From: Octopus sinensis
Taxonomy: Eukaryota
Assembly (NCBI RefSeq): GCF_006345805.1
Contig: NC_043006.1
Span: 85,002,001 to 85,066,000 of the forward strand
Direction of reading: 5' to 3'
DNA length: 64,000 nucleotides
The stretch's first letter is position 1, and each line of letters opens with the position of its first letter. The notes below the pieces were generated by a model. That model made no database searches. It was given only the letters and a program-made list of their open reading frames with translations, and had not been told where the DNA came from. This document shows positions 12,919-27,466 of this stretch, piece by piece. The position numbers and the translations under genes were made by a program.

Positions 12919-13449
12919 CCAAAGGGTTAAGCTAAAGCCACCTTCCTCAACACTGGTCCCTCTCTCAGCTGAAGGGTCTCGTCTTACAAATTACTTGGTG
13001 GCCTTACTAGTGCCAGTGACATGTAAAAGGCACCCAGTACACATTGTAAAGTGGTTGGCATTAGGAAAGGCATTCAGCCTTAGAAACCAAAGGTGCAGTC
13101 CTCTGGCTCGCCACCTCTCGGACCATCCAATTCATGCCAAGCATCGAAAGCAGACATTAAATGTTGAGGATGATATGTACTGGATAAATATTTGCTTTAT
13201 TTAAAATTTTGTTTTGATTTTCTTGTATTTCCTAATTAAGATATATTTTTTCCCACCTCCATTCAGTTTTTCATAGATTAGAGGGGAGAGCGGCAGAAGG
13301 AGAGAGAGAGAGAGGGAAAGAGAGAGAGGGCTTATGAAATTATGATTTCTTTTGTTTCAATTGTCTATTGTTTGTTTGCATGTGTTTTGGTAGATAAGTG
13401 GTTTATTTAGTTCTCGGTGGTTATCTGTGACGTTAATCTTTTTGTATGC

Positions 13450-14120
13450 TTTACACACACACACACTCACGTCTCACCCATTCATGCAAACATATACACA
13501 AATACACACTCTCACTCATTCATGCAGACACACTTTGTCTCTCTCTCTCTTTTGCCCATTCATGCAGACACACACACACTCTCGTTCTCTCATACACACA
13601 TTCTCTCTCTCTTTCTCTTACGCACTGTTACACAAACACAAATGCACACACTATCTTGTTCTTACACACATACACACACTGTCTGTCTGTCTCTCACATG
13701 CACACACATTTACTCTCCCATATCAGCTTGATCTCTCTCTCTAACATTCATGCCCTTGCTCTCCTTTACACACACACACACGCTCTCTCTCTCACACACA
13801 CGCACTTGCTCTCCCTTAATAGCTTGCTCTCTCTTTCTCTCACTCAAATTCTTGCTCTCTCTTATACATAGATACACTCACACACACACACGCACACATA
13901 TTTGCTCTGTCTTCCTATCTCTCAAACATTCACACTCTTGTTCTCTTATACACACATACACTCTCTCTCTCTCTCTCTCTCTTACACACACACACTCATT
14001 TGGTCTCTTATATCCATACACACTTGCTATCTCTCTCTCTTTCACACACACACACTCTCATGCACTTTCACCCACTCTCTCACGCTTGCATTTACACTCA
14101 CTTCCACACTCAAACACTGT
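13450..14120. repeat. Long degenerate (CA)n/(CT)n compound microsatellite
   Basis: About 670 bp of nearly G-free CA/CT repeats, which explains the overlapping His/Thr/Leu/Ser ORFs. Confidence 0.9.
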
Positions 14121-14509
14121 TATTTCCTGAAGCAGATATGTCCAGGACAAAAATATTTATTTTGATACACTCATTCCAGTATGGGGCACCTGTTGGTGGA
14201 CTATTATAACTTTTGGGCCAGATTTAGATCAGTAACACCATAACCTCTGACCCTTGTACTTCCCCTAATTATTGGCTCAACAGATCAAGTCTCCAACAGC
14301 TTGCTGTTAAGAAGGATAGTCTAAATTGTCCAGGACTTTTAAGTGTTTTTTGATTATATATAGCACCTACATGGGTTTTTACTGGTTGTTTTGTTGTTGT
14401 TGTTTTTGTAAATATGTACATACCTTTCATTTCTCAACAAGTTATTTAAAAAAAAAAGAAAAAAAATAAGAAAATAGAACAGGGTTTATTATTCAGTATT
14501 TTTTTCTTC

Positions 14510-15440
14510 CATGTTGTTTGATCTGAGTTCAAATATTCCGAGGTTCACAGTTGACTTTGCCTTTCATCCTTATGGGGTGGATAAAATACCTGTGAGTATT
14601 GGGGGTCAACTTAACTTTTCCCACCCATCAAAATTGTTTGCTGTTGTGCAAACATTTAGAAAGGCTTATTATTATTAGTATGCCAGGGGAAATGCTTGGC
14701 AGCATTTCGTCTGCCTGCACATTCTGAGTTCAAATTCCACTGAAGTCATCCTTTGCTTTTCATCCTTTCAGAGTCGATAAAATAAGTACCAGTGAAACAC
14801 TGGGGTCAGGCCTTGTACTTTTAGTAGTAAATATTATTATTATCATTAGCACACCAGGCGAAATGCTTTGTAGCATTTCATCTGTTTGCACGTTCTCAGT
14901 TAAAATTCTACTGAGGTCAATGTAGTCGACTAGTCCCCTCCCCACAAATTTCAGGCTTTGCGCCTTTAGTAGAAATGATTATTATTATTGTTATATTTAT
15001 TATTATCAAGGCAGAGTGCTGGCAAAATAGTTAGAGCCTCAGACAAAGTGCTTTGCGGAATTCTTTCCAATTCTTTACATCCTGGTTCTGAGTTCAGTTC
15101 TTTCTCAAGTCATCTTTACTTATCTTCCTCTCAGGGTTGATAGAATAATTATTGGCTCAGCAGATTAAGTCTTCAAAAATTGCTGGCCTTGCGCCAAAAT
15201 TAGAATTGTTGTTATAATAAATTTTTTTGGTTGGTGAGGTGGCAGAATCCTCAGCAAAATCAAACAAAATACTTTGCAGCATTTCTTCTGGCTTTACGTC
15301 ATTCTGGGTTCAAGTGCCACTGGAGTCAACTTTCAAGGTCAATAAAATATCATTTGAGTACTAGGGTTGCTGTGATCGACTAGTTCCCCTCCTGCAAAAT
15401 ATTTTAGACCTTGTGAACTTATAGTAGAAATAATTATTGT
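14510..15440 (+). mobile_element. Head-to-tail array of about 5 degenerate family M SINEs joined by (ATT)n
   Basis: ctgagttcaa-type B-box recurs at about 14523, 14724, 14895, 15088 and 15304, with attatt linkers. Confidence 0.8.
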
Positions 15441-15865
15441 AATAAATTTATATTTTCTGTTGAATAAGGTCAGTCTTTGTTAAACATCTAGTTTTTAGGT
15501 TATAAAATATCTGAGTCATTCTCTCACTTATTTTTGTGTGTGTGTGTATGTATGTGTGTGTCAATGTCTCATTCATCCAAAGGCAAATATTTAGGAATGT
15601 ATTCGTTTTATTTTATATTTTATTTAGAAATTTGTTTTACATTTGCTTCTCACTCTTTGATTTGATATGGATTCTAAAGATAACTTCCCAGTGTGTGGCT
15701 TCTGCAGAGATAAATGTCAAGAAAGTAACTGGTTGTGGAGGGGCCCTCCACCTAAGACCACCTCTGGTTCTGTGATGCAAACTTATGGTTTAAAGCAGTG
15801 GTTCTCAAATGGAATCCGGGTCGATATCAGATGTTAAAAGTCCATGTGCAATAAACTCTCTTTTT

Positions 15866-16222
15866 CTCTTTTACTTGTTCCAGTCATTTGACTGCGGCCA
15901 TGCTGGAGCACCGCCTTTAGTCGAGCAAATCAACCCCAGGTCTTATTCTTTGCAAGCCTAGTACTTATTCTATCGGTCTCTATCAGTTGTCAAAAGATGT
16001 TGGGGGGACAAACACAGACACACAAACATGTACACACACACATACATATATATATATACATATATACGACGGGCTTCTTTCAGTTTCCATGTACCAAATC
16101 CAGTCATAAGGCTTTGGTCGGCCCAAGGCTATAGTAGAAGACATTTGCCGAAGGTGCCACGCAGTGGGACTGAACCCGGAATCATGTGGTTCATAAGTAA
16201 CCTACTTACCACACAGCCACTC
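15866..16222 (-). mobile_element. SINE family C
   Basis: Reverse complement of 41456-41847 with an internal deletion. Confidence 0.85.
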
Positions 16223-17109
16223 TAATAAAACTATTATATTTTTGATTATCTTCAAAATGGCTTGAAATAAAGGCAGTGTATTTCAAAAGAAACATGGTAA
16301 CAAAATGGTAACCCCCCACCCTTTTTTTTTTACTATTTTTGTTTTTTGTATTTGCAAAACTCTTTCCCACCAAAATAATAATACTCAATGTCAATACTGC
16401 TTCCAGTATGCTCCATTACTTCTGTGTCAACAGAATTTTTATCTTATTATTATTTGCACTATTTAATGTGAGGCCGAGAAGCAAAAGCTATTTTGACTTT
16501 TGTATATACTTCACAAAAGATTCTAACTTGAAGTACATTTTATTTTTTTTATGCTTGAAAAATCAAACAAGATTTTTGAGATAATAGCCTGTGTCACATT
16601 TATTGCATGACCTTGAACTTATTGGCTTGTTTTAAAAAAATAAAAGCAACATAAAACATACAAGTTTAACAAAAAAAAAATCAATGTTTAGAAATAACTG
16701 TAAATAGCATTTATTTGTTAGATCATTCTGGCAACTATTGTCACAAGTGTCAGACTATTTTGTTTTTAAAGATTCCCCCATTCCATGTCCTTAAAATTTT
16801 TTACGCATTACGAGTTTTATTTTTTCCACTGCGTAAATGCAGACCTCTAAAAATCTCAAATTATGAAGTAGATTTAGTATATTAGAAACTCGTCTTAAAA
16901 ATCTGTTTTCTACAGTATCTTATCCCTTTAGCATTTGGATTACTGCGTCAAATTTAATGTTTGTTTATTTACCTTGTTTTGAAATTAATCATACATTATC
17001 TCAAAGCTTTGACATTTTGAATGTATGATTGTTTATTCTTAAATAACATTGTAGGGTAGGCATGAGAAGTCGGATCTGGCCAACTGGAATCTTTTGGGAG
17101 GGATCAATA

Positions 17110-18145
17110 GAATGACCTACCAGCCAAGTATTGAGGTCTATATAATTGACTAACCCATCATTCCTTAAAATTGCTGGCCTTGTGCTGAGGCAAAATGTTT
17201 CACACCATTTCATTCATCTTCATGTTATGAGTTCAAGTCTTGCTGAGGTTGACTTTGCCTTTCATTCTTGCAGGGTTGATAAAATAAGTATCGGTATCCC
17301 CTTCCCCCGAAACTGATGGCCTTGTGCCAAAATTATTATTAAGGTGGCGCGCCGGGCGAAATGCTTAGCGGTATTTCATCTGCCACTACGTTCTTAGTTC
17401 AAATTCCGCCGAGGTCGACTTTGCCTTTCATCCTTTCGGGGTCGATAAATTAAGTACCAGTTACGCACTGGGGTCGATGTAATTGACTTAATACCTATGT
17501 CTGTCCTTGTTTGTCCCCTCTGTGTTTAGCCCCTTGTGGGTAATAAAGAAATAGGTATTTCATCTGTCTTTATGTTCTGAGTTCAAATTCTACCAGGATC
17601 AATGAATTAAGTACCAGTTATGTACTAGGGTTGATCTAATCGACTGGCCTCCTCCCCCAAAATTTCGGGCCTTGTTCCTAGAATAGAAAAGATTATTATT
17701 ATTATTTAAAACCATGAGCTGGCAGAATTGTTAACATGGTGGACAAAACACTAAGCATCATTTTGCTTGACTTTACATTCTGGGTTCTAATTCCACCAAG
17801 GTTGATTTTACCTTTCATCCTTTCAGGGTTGATAAAATAAATACCAGTTGAGCACTGGGATCGATGCAATTGACTAGACTCATCCCCACGAAATATCAGG
17901 CCTTGTGCCTACAGCAGAATGGATTATCATTACCTAAGGTGGCAAACTGGCAGAACTGTTGGCATGGCATGCAAAATGCTTGGCGACATTTCATCTATCT
18001 GAGTTCAAATTCTGCCATGGTTGAGTTTGCCTTTTATCCTTTTGGGGTTGATGAAATAAGTACCAGTTAAACACTGGGGCTCAATGTAATCAATTCACTT
18101 CCTGCTCCAAATTTCAGGACTTGTGCCTATAGTAAAAAGGACTCT
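17110..18145 (+). mobile_element. Head-to-tail array of about 5 family M SINE units
   Basis: B-box and central domain recur at about 17228, 17395, 17578, 17780 and 18000, with attatt linkers. Confidence 0.85.
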
Positions 18146-18599
18146 TATTAATTACAACACTTATATTTTAGTATTTTGATTAAAATTATTCTTCTATCAT
18201 CTTTCAAATGTTTTATACAGCTTTCTTTTTAAGTTTTTATTTTTTTTTATTTACTTACTTACATTTTTGTTTCATTTTCTTTTTTCTGAATCCGAAATAC
18301 ATTTCTGATGCCAAAAACCTATTTTGTACAAATCTGGCAACAACAAATTTTTTTAACCTAACCATTTCACCATATAATTTGATTGCAACAGCTGGCAACT
18401 TCAGAGAAAGACAACTTGGTATAAAAATGCTGCATATACATGTTTGTAGTATTGTAAATGCTGTGGCAGGAAGAAGAGTATGTGGGTCTGTGGTGTGGAG
18501 GAATCAGAATTACATTTGTGGTGTCCTAATTCCCTAGATATTAAATCTAACCTATGTACACTATTATTATTGCTGTTATTATTGTTGTTGTTATCATTA

Positions 18600-18946
18600 A
18601 AGTAGTGAGCTGGCAGAATTGTTAGCACACCAGGCAAAATGTTAAGCAGCATTTCGTCCATCTTTAAGTTCTGAGTTCAAATTCTGCCAATGTCGACTCT
18701 GCCTTTTATCCTTTTGTAGCTAATGAAATAAAAACAAGTTGAACACTGTGGTCGACACAATCAACTTACCCTCCCCCAAAATTTCAGGCCTCATGCCTAT
18801 AATAGACAGGATTATTATTATTAAGGTGGTGAGCTGGAAGAGTTATTGAGCACATTGGAGAAAATACACGGCAATATTTCATCCGGTTCCTTGCATTCTG
18901 AGTTCATATTGCCACCAAGGTTGACTTTGCTTTCATTTTTGGGGGA
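18600..18946 (+). mobile_element. Two family M SINEs in tandem; the second is split by the hAT MITE and resumes at 19457-19545
   Basis: gtgagctggcagaattgttagc head; central domain broken at tttcattttt|...|ttttgggtgttagtaaaatagataccag. Confidence 0.75.
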
Positions 18947-19277
18947 CAGTGTTTTTCAACCTTTTTTACCCTAACACAACCCTTAAAATGAATTATATGT
19001 CTCAAGGAACCCCTGCACAAAAAAAATTATACACCATATCAAAAGGATGTGTTACAATACTATTCCACATATACAAAAACAGCCATACCAACAATCCAAC
19101 ATACCTCCATCATCAGCTGCCGCATGGATATCATTATGGTTTTGACACCTGGGCAGTACCATTCAATCTGGTGTCAACAGCACTAAAAGAAGAGTTGTTT
19201 GGGGACAAACATACCAAAAAACCACGACTTTCAAACACATTTACTCTATGTACTACAGCATTCAATCTAAATATATG

Positions 19278-19325
<48 letters not shown>

Positions 19326-19456
19326 TATATATGCACATATATATGCACATATAATGATATTACGATCATGAAATTAGCATTAGCCTTTCTCGCAGAACCC
19401 CTAGGAACCCTTTGTGAAACCCTAGGGTTCTGGGGAACCCTGGTTGAGAAATGCTG
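18947..19456. mobile_element. hAT-like MITE
   Basis: TIRs cagtgtttttcaacc / ggttgagaaatgctg and subterminal gaaccc repeats. Confidence 0.8.
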
Positions 19457-20094
19457 TTTTGGGTGTTAGTAAAATAGATACCAGTTCAATTCTGGGGTCG
19501 ATGCAATTGACCTCCTCCTTTCCTCAAAATTGCTAGCCTTGTGCCTTTTTTTTCTCTTTTTCCCCCCCTCCTTTCATGTTTGCATATAAAATTCTGGCTT
19601 CTTCAGATGCATAAACAAATATTTTGGGAAGTTTTCTGTTTTGTATAAGGTCAGGTCTTCTTTCTGTTCACTACGACCACTGCTCTCTCTCCATCTCATT
19701 GAACTCTACATTTGCATGCCTAATTCTTTCTGACTGTTCAAGATCCATATCTCTGTGTACTATGTGTGTGTGTGGTGCCACATAAAAAGCATCCAGCACA
19801 TTCTGTAAAGTGGTTGGCATTAGAAAGGACTTCCAGCTTCAGGCAGCAGACAGTAGAGCTTGGCGCAGTCCAGTCTTCCCTGCTCCAGGCAAACCATCCA
19901 CCCCATGTCAGCATGAAAAACAGACATTAAGTGATGATGATGATATGTATGTATATATATGTGTGTGTTTTTTTTTCTATCTCATTCCATTATCACCTTT
20001 CTCTCTCTCTCTCTCTCTCACTCACTTTTGGAATTCTTTAATCTCAAAAACAATTTTTATTTCGTAATGGTATTACTATATGTATGTATATATA

Positions 20095-20138
<44 letters not shown>

Positions 20139-21120
20139 GTGTGTATGAAGTTTTAAAATAACATGGGTGATGTGTTAGGAAGCCCACAACTAGCTTGTTA
20201 TAACATTTGAAAGTTAAAGGTTCAAATAATTTAATTTCTCAATCTAAAATTGCCTATTTATTTATTTATTTATTTATTTATTTATTTTATCTTTTCTTTG
20301 TTCATTTTACTCATATATATCTATATTTATTTATTTAATATTGTGATTTGAAATGTATTTTGTTTTTAATCTTCTCTTCCATCTATGATTTTGCATTGTT
20401 TAGAAAGAAAAATAAAATGAATTTCAAAAACTAAATTATTCAATACGTATGTATGTATGTATAAGTCTATGTATACGTCTATATGTACATGTATGTGTAT
20501 ATATATATATATATATATATAAATGTGTGTGTGTCTATAATGTGCATGTGGGTGTATCTGCGCATGCACTAAGTGGTTTAGTCTTTTGATGTAAAATACA
20601 ACCCTACATCAGTCACTTCTTGAAAACACATATATAGGATTTTGTATTCAAAACAAATCTACATTCAGAGATTGTGTGTGTGTGTGTAAGAGGGACAGAA
20701 AGAGAAAGTGAGAGATAGACAGAGGGAGAAAGACTGTCAATTTTTCTAAACAGACTGCAATTCTGCATGTAAAATATGCAACTTGTTTATTTTGTTGTTG
20801 TTGTCGTCGTTGTTGTTGTCTTTGTTATCGAATGCAGTAATAATAGTTGATAAATTGTTTATCATTTTCTACCCCGATTTAATGGAACGGTGATAGGCTT
20901 GCCAAGTAGTTTTGCTTTGATGTTTTGTTCACTTCAATCAGTCTTCGCAGTTAATGTCATAACAGTTCTGAGTAGTTTGCATAAGAGAGACACAGAAAAA
21001 GAGGGAGAGACAACTTATATATATATATGCTTATATTCACAATACAAACAACATCGCTGATAACCCAACCAAGAGGTGTTTATTATTACTGTCAAGGGGT
21101 AAAAGACTTGCTATCTAGCC

Positions 21121-21153
<33 letters not shown>

Positions 21154-21305
21154 TCCCAATCCATCTATATATACATATATACAATTTCCCAACCTATCTA
21201 TATACATATCCACATATATATATATATGTGTGTGTGTGTGTGCGTGTGTGTATGTGTGTATCGACATTCAGTTGTTGATGCGATGTATCATGTCTGTGTG
21301 TGTGT

Positions 21306-21526
21306 CATCATCATCATCGTTGAACGACCGTTTTCCATGATAGCATGGGCTGGACAGTTCGACCGGGGTCTAGAAAGCCAGGCGGCTGCACCAGGCTCCA
21401 TTCTGATCTGGCAGTGTTTCTACAGCTGGATGCCCTTCCTAACGCCAACCACTCCATGAGTGTAGTGGGTGCTTTTTATATGCCACCGGCACAGGGGCCA
21501 GAGGTGGCTGGTGCTTTTTACGTGTC
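21306..21526 (-). mobile_element. Retroposon family R, short copy
   Basis: catcatcatcatcgttgaacg...gatgcccttcctaacgccaaccac. Confidence 0.8.
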
Positions 21527-21894
21527 ATAATGTTGATATCTGCTTTGTAAACTTTCATTTGGTTATGTTGAGGGAAGTTGTGTCTCTTGTCCAATAGCAG
21601 TTACTCTGGTAACTACTATTTGTTACTAATACTACTACTTCATAAGTCAAATACTTTAATCCTCTTTTAACTTCAATGGCTGATGATGTACATATATAGG
21701 TTTCCTCACCGAAAGATCATGTGTATATTCGTTAGAAAATTGCTATATAATAAATTTTTTAACCGCAAATACTTTTAACCATCACAGATGGGTATTGTTT
21801 CATTTGAATATATAAATGAGAGAAAAGAATTTAGTAATGATTTCAAAATTTGGCACTTGGCCAGCAGTTTTGATGGAGGGAGTAAGTGAAAACT

Positions 21895-22085
21895 GGTACA
21901 AGGGAAAGGCAAAGGTCAATACAGCTTGGCACCAGTGACAATCGTAGCTCATTTCTACAGTTGAGTGAACTGGAGCAATGTAAAATAGTGTTGTACTCAA
22001 GAACACAACACACAGCCTGGTCCAGGAATCGAACTCAGTATCTCACAATTGTGAGCCTGACGCTCTAACCATTGAGCCATACACC
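21895..22085 (-). mobile_element. SINE family K, head half
   Basis: Reverse complement of the tRNA-like head atggctcaatggttagagcgtc...gagttcgattcc. Confidence 0.75.
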
Positions 22086-22749
22086 TTCACTCCAATTATT
22101 ATTATTAATAGATAAAAGAAATCATTATTATTATTAGAAAGCTTAGTGAGGTCCCCTAAGGTAACCAATCTTAAAGCATGACTGTTGCTGTTGATGACTA
22201 AACTATTGTGTAGTGTGGTCCCTTTTTTTTTCCAAAATTTACTTCAGATCATTTAATAGAGAACAGCTGTTACCAGCTTAACTATTACTCTAGAGCAAAC
22301 ATATAAATACACTTGACATCACTTTCATGGCTAAACATCAAAAGTGCCTCCAGGATTGTTATTTGTGCCATTTTTAATTTTTTAAGTATTTTCTTTTTCT
22401 TATAGTTATTTCTCTCCCATTGTGGGGGTTTTTTTTCCATTGTTTTTCTCTATGATAAAAACAGAACTAAGCTGTTTACTACTTAGTGTTTGAAACCTTT
22501 TCCTAAAATTAGAATCATACACACACTTCCATGAGTTTTGAATAATAGTTTACAAGAAAAAATGACTCAAGGTTTTTTTTTTTCTTATAACTTGCTGTCA
22601 GCTTGAATGAATGATAGCTTGACATGTTCAGGTAGAGTCTGAGTTTATCATTGTAGCAAGTCAAGATTCTTCACTCTTTGATGATCAGCAAAGAAAAACA
22701 TAAATGCTAGGGGGTTAGTTCTGTGATACAGTTCTCAGATGCTCTAGGA

Positions 22750-23233
22750 CAGTGCTTCTCAAACTATCTGATGTGGTGTATTGACAGTTTTTTTTTTTTC
22801 CAATGTGCCAGGGACTGGTAATATTTCTTGGTGATATTAATTTATACCGGAAACAATATATATAATGAATAAAATAAAAGTTGACAATTTTTTTTTTATC
22901 TTATATTTATTCTGTAAACAAAACTATTGAAAAGGTTGCAAGATGCAATGAAAATTTTAGGATAATAAAAATAAGAAAAACTTGGAAATTTTACTGGTGA
23001 GTGTGTTACATAATAAGGCACAAAAAGAAAATGACTCTCCCCAGACACAATAGAATATGTTTCAACACACAAACTCATATAAAGAATCTTGCAAACCAAA
23101 TCCAAAAATGAAATAAATGAATATTACATAAGTATTTTATGATATTTCTTCCTTTTCTGGAAACTTGCTGCGTACCGGCAGCTGATGACTCGCGGACTGG
23201 CACCAGTTCGCAGACCACCACTTTGAGTAGATG
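22750..23233. mobile_element. hAT (Charlie-like) MITE remnant interrupted by an H1 element
   Basis: Left end cagtgcttctcaaact after ctctagga; right end gaccaccactttgagtag. Confidence 0.55.
22920..23113 (+). mobile_element. Single-arm copy of family H1 with hammerhead-like motif
   Basis: Near-identical to the reverse complement of 8090-8270; CTA-TTGAAAA-G-GTTGC-AAGAT-GCAAT-GAA-AATT-T-TAG at 22924-22960. Confidence 0.75.
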
Positions 23234-23532
23234 TTTCTGGGGATCTTCAGAGGTTTCGGGTTTTCCGACACCAGATTTGGGTTTTAGAGTTCTGATGGCA
23301 AGCTATGGTTGTGTGAGAAAATCGTGATTTCAAGAATGAATTTGGTCAGGTCCGAGATTATTCCAACTTAAGAGATGAGATTTAAGTAGGTCTACACCAG
23401 TGTTTCAGCAATATTTTAAAGCAGTGCCCCAGCATGGCCACAGTCCAATGACTGAAACAAATAAAAGATAGAAAAAAATCAATGAGGTCTATAGAGTTAG
23501 TATGTATGTCTAACATGCCTTGAATTATTTTT

Positions 23533-23975
23533 TTACTTGTTTCTGTCATTAGACTGCAGTCATGTTGTGACACTGCACTGAAGAATTTTAGTCAAACAAG
23601 TCGAGGCCAGTACTTATTTTTTTTTTTTTTTAAGTCTGGTACTTATTCTATTAGTCTCTTTCACTGAGTCGCTAGTTTACAGGGATGTAAATAAACCAAC
23701 ACCATTTATGAAGCAGTGGTGGGGGATAAACTCAGACACAAAGACAAACTCACATACATGAATATGTGTATATATATATATATATAAATGCACACACACA
23801 CACAAATACACATGCACACATTGAGCTTCTTTCAGTTTCTGTCTACCAAATCTACTTGCAAGACTGGTCAGCTTGAAGTTATGGTGGAAGATACTTGCCC
23901 CAGGTGCCATGCAATAGGATTGAACCTGAAACCATGTGGTTAGGAAGAAAACTTCTTACCACACAGCCACACCTA
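23533..23975 (-). mobile_element. SINE family C
   Basis: Tail, microsatellite and head all recognisable. Confidence 0.8.
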
Positions 23976-24474
23976 TGAATGGGATCAGTTTGACTAAACC
24001 CTTCAAAGGTAATCTCTTTGCATGGCTGCAGTCCAGTGACTGAAACATGTAAAAGATTAAAAAAAAAAATAGAAAAAAGAAGTAAAAAATATAGAAATAT
24101 TTTGACATCACCTACCTTTCTAATGAAATCCTTCATCAGTTATCGATATATCTAAATGATATTAAATATATTTGGCTGTCCTAAAGCCATTTTTCCAGAT
24201 AATACTGATGATAACTGATGTTACTACTTATCAGAATATTAGCCACATTGGTATTTATTTACTAAACAAAAATAAAAAATAAAAAACAACAACTTAGGAA
24301 GATAGAAATGTCTTTGTGTAATTTTGATGGTGGTTTGTGGCTAGCAATGGTAACATGTTAATATATTTGGATATTTGGATTGGGCTAAGCAAACACCATT
24401 TGCTTCATGCCATGCACAATCGATTAGTTTGAATGTGGTAATATGATGCTAAATAGGTTATGACCAAATTTGCT

Positions 24475-24511
<37 letters not shown>

Positions 24512-24618
24512 AACATAATTTAATATCCATTTTTCGTGCTGGCATATGTATATATGTATGTTCATGTGTGTACATTTATGTATGTGTGTGTATTTATTTA
24601 TATATATATATGTGAATG

Positions 24619-24653
<35 letters not shown>

Positions 24654-24931
24654 TTGTATGTACATATAGAGATATATGCACACGTGTGTGTGTCTTTATA
24701 TATATATGTGAATGTGTGTGTGTGTGTGTGAATGAATATGTTCATATATACATATATGTTTGTATGTACATATATATATAGATATATGCACACGTGTGTG
24801 TGTGTGTGTATTTATATTAATATTTGCTTATATGTCAAGTTATATATAAAAGCAATTTATCATTAAACTGAATGATTACTTAATGCTTTTTTAGTACAGT
24901 ATATAATTTATTAACTTTTACAAACCAAAGG

Positions 24932-24971
<40 letters not shown>

Positions 24972-25659
24972 CAGAGTTCTTGCAAGCTTTCATTTTCACA
25001 TTACTCTGCATAGAAAGGAAGGAGAATTTTGGTTGAGTTTGGTTTTTATACTCTTGTGTTGTTGATACATTGCCGATACTAGATTCCTTGATATCTACAT
25101 TTATAGAGAGAGAGAAAGTGAAAGTATACATCAGTTCTACTTCTACTGCCTAGTAAATAGTAGACCTCGTTCAAACTGGGTCAATGTACTTCCATTATAT
25201 CTAACAGAATATCAAATATTGATATACAAATTATCGATCGGGTGATTGATTGATTGATTGATTGATGTATTATTTTTGTGGCCTGAGCTACTCAGTGAAA
25301 TACAAACTATTATATAAGACTCAATATACACAAAAATAATAAAATAGAAGACTAGTAAGACCTATCTTAGACTTTCTGTAGCATTTTAATATTGGATCAT
25401 ATTGAATTCTGGAGATGTCCCGTCTTTTCAAAGTTTTTGACATCTGGCTTGTGCATTAAAAACTGAAACCAGTACATTACCTGTCAGTACAAATATTTTG
25501 TGTTACCATTTATTCAATTGTATCTGGGTAACCTGTTGCTCTCTATCCGTTTGTGTATAGAATCATCATTGTTGTCATCATCATTGTTGTCGGTGTCATT
25601 ATCATTATTGTTTAATGTCTGCCTTCCATGCTGGCATGGGTTGGATGGTTTGACAGGAG

Positions 25660-25885
25660 TGAGCTGGTAGAAACGTTAGCACGCTGGGCAAAATGCTTAG
25701 TGGTATTTCGTCTGCGGTTACGTTCTGAGTTCAAATTCCGCCGAGATCGACTTTGCCTTTCATCCATTCGGGGTCGATTAAATAAGTACTAGTTACGCAC
25801 TGGGGTCGATATAATCGACTTAATTCGTTTGTCTGTCCTTGTTTGTCCTCTCTGTGTTTAGCCCCTTGTGGGTAGTAAAAAAATG
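25660..25885 (+). mobile_element. SINE family M nested in a family R element
   Basis: TSD ggtttgacag on both sides; host R sequence resumes after the insertion. Confidence 0.85.
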
Positions 25886-26497
25886 GGTTTGACAGAAGCC
25901 AGCCAGGCAGATGACTACACCAAGTTACTGTGTCTGTTTTGGCATGGTTTTTATGGCTGGATGCCCTTTCTAAGACCAACTACCCTGCAGAGAGCGCATG
26001 TGTGTGTGTATATATACACACATATGCACGTGCATATGCGCGCGCGCACGCACACACACACACATACATGGGTGTGGTTAAGAAAATCCCTTAGCAACCT
26101 TGTGGTTTCAAGATCAATCCCATTGTGGAACACCTTGGGTGAGTGTCTTCTGCTATAACCTCAGCTTAAATAAAATTTTGTAAGTGGATTTTGTAGAGGG
26201 CAACACTGAAAGTATCCCATTAATGTGTATGTAGGCATGGTTGTGTGGTTACAAACTTCATTTTGTGGCCATATGGGTTTGTGTTCAATTCTATTGCATA
26301 AGACTTTGGCCCCAGGTTGACCCTAAATCTTGTGAGGGGATTCTATAGACTGGAATTAAAAGAAACCATCTTGTCTTCATGAAAACATATCTGGCCGTTG
26401 TATTGTTTTTGTTTGAAGGAACAGGGAAATTATTACTGTCTTTGAAAATAGGTGAGGGTTGAAGACAGGTGGTGTACCCAACCATAGAACATCTGCC

Positions 26498-26705
26498 TTG
26501 ACCTTTTAGTATCCAGATTACTCTGTCGAATGTGATGCTTGTTTATTCCACTTAGTTTTGAAATAATAATGCATCTCATAGCTTCAAGATTTTTTGTAAA
26601 ATGGCATTGTAGGGTAGGCGTGAAAGATCAAATCAGTTTAGTTTTAAAGTAAAGCAGGCAGAACATTTGAGCCAGAAATGGCTAGTTTAAATACTAAAGG
26701 GTTAA
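26498..26705. mobile_element. piggyBac-like MITE family P1
   Basis: Ends ttgaccttttagtat / atactaaagggttaa; body matches other P1 copies. Confidence 0.7.
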
Positions 26706-27352
26706 TAAATTTCATCTGACCCCATGCAAAAATGGAAAAAAGGACAATAAAACAAAGATGGTGATGCAAATATATAATATAGTTAGCTGGTCTGTTGTGT
26801 TTAAAGTGCTTTTGGCCTAGCATATTATTATTGCTTTATTGATAAATGTCTTTCTGCTGCAGTCTTCTATTATTGTTGACTTTGTTCTGAATCTATTCTT
26901 AATACTGCTTTAGCATACAATACCCCTCTCTGCATTAACCTCGCCTTTGCTTGTCCATCCCATTTATGTTAGAACCAGATAGCTAGGCTGCTGTCTTATC
27001 TCCTTTGTCTTACATCCAGTTAAATATATATCCTTTAGCCCTTCCCTTACTATATTCCTAATAATTAGATTTCTTTGTCCCAATTAATTTTCAATATAAT
27101 TAACATACTGAAGACAGCAAACTGGCTGAACTGTTAGCACACCAGACAAAAAGTGTTTAGCAGCATTTTACCCATTTTTACATATGAGTTCAAATTTTGC
27201 CAAGGTGGATTTTGCCTTTCATCCTTTTGGGATCGATAAAATAAATACTAGTTGGGCATTGGGGTTGATGTAATTGACTTAGCCCTCCTCCCATGAAATT
27301 GTTGGTCTCATGCTAAAATCTTAAACCAACATAATTAAGATATTAGAGTAGC

Positions 27353-27408
<56 letters not shown>

Positions 27409-27427
27409 CACACACACACACACATAT

Positions 27428-27465
<38 letters not shown>

Positions 27466-27466
27466 C

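Noticed and set aside
13417-14209. Cluster of overlapping 70-140 aa ORFs
   Set aside because: Translations of CA/CT microsatellite, which lacks stop codons; no splice or domain signal.
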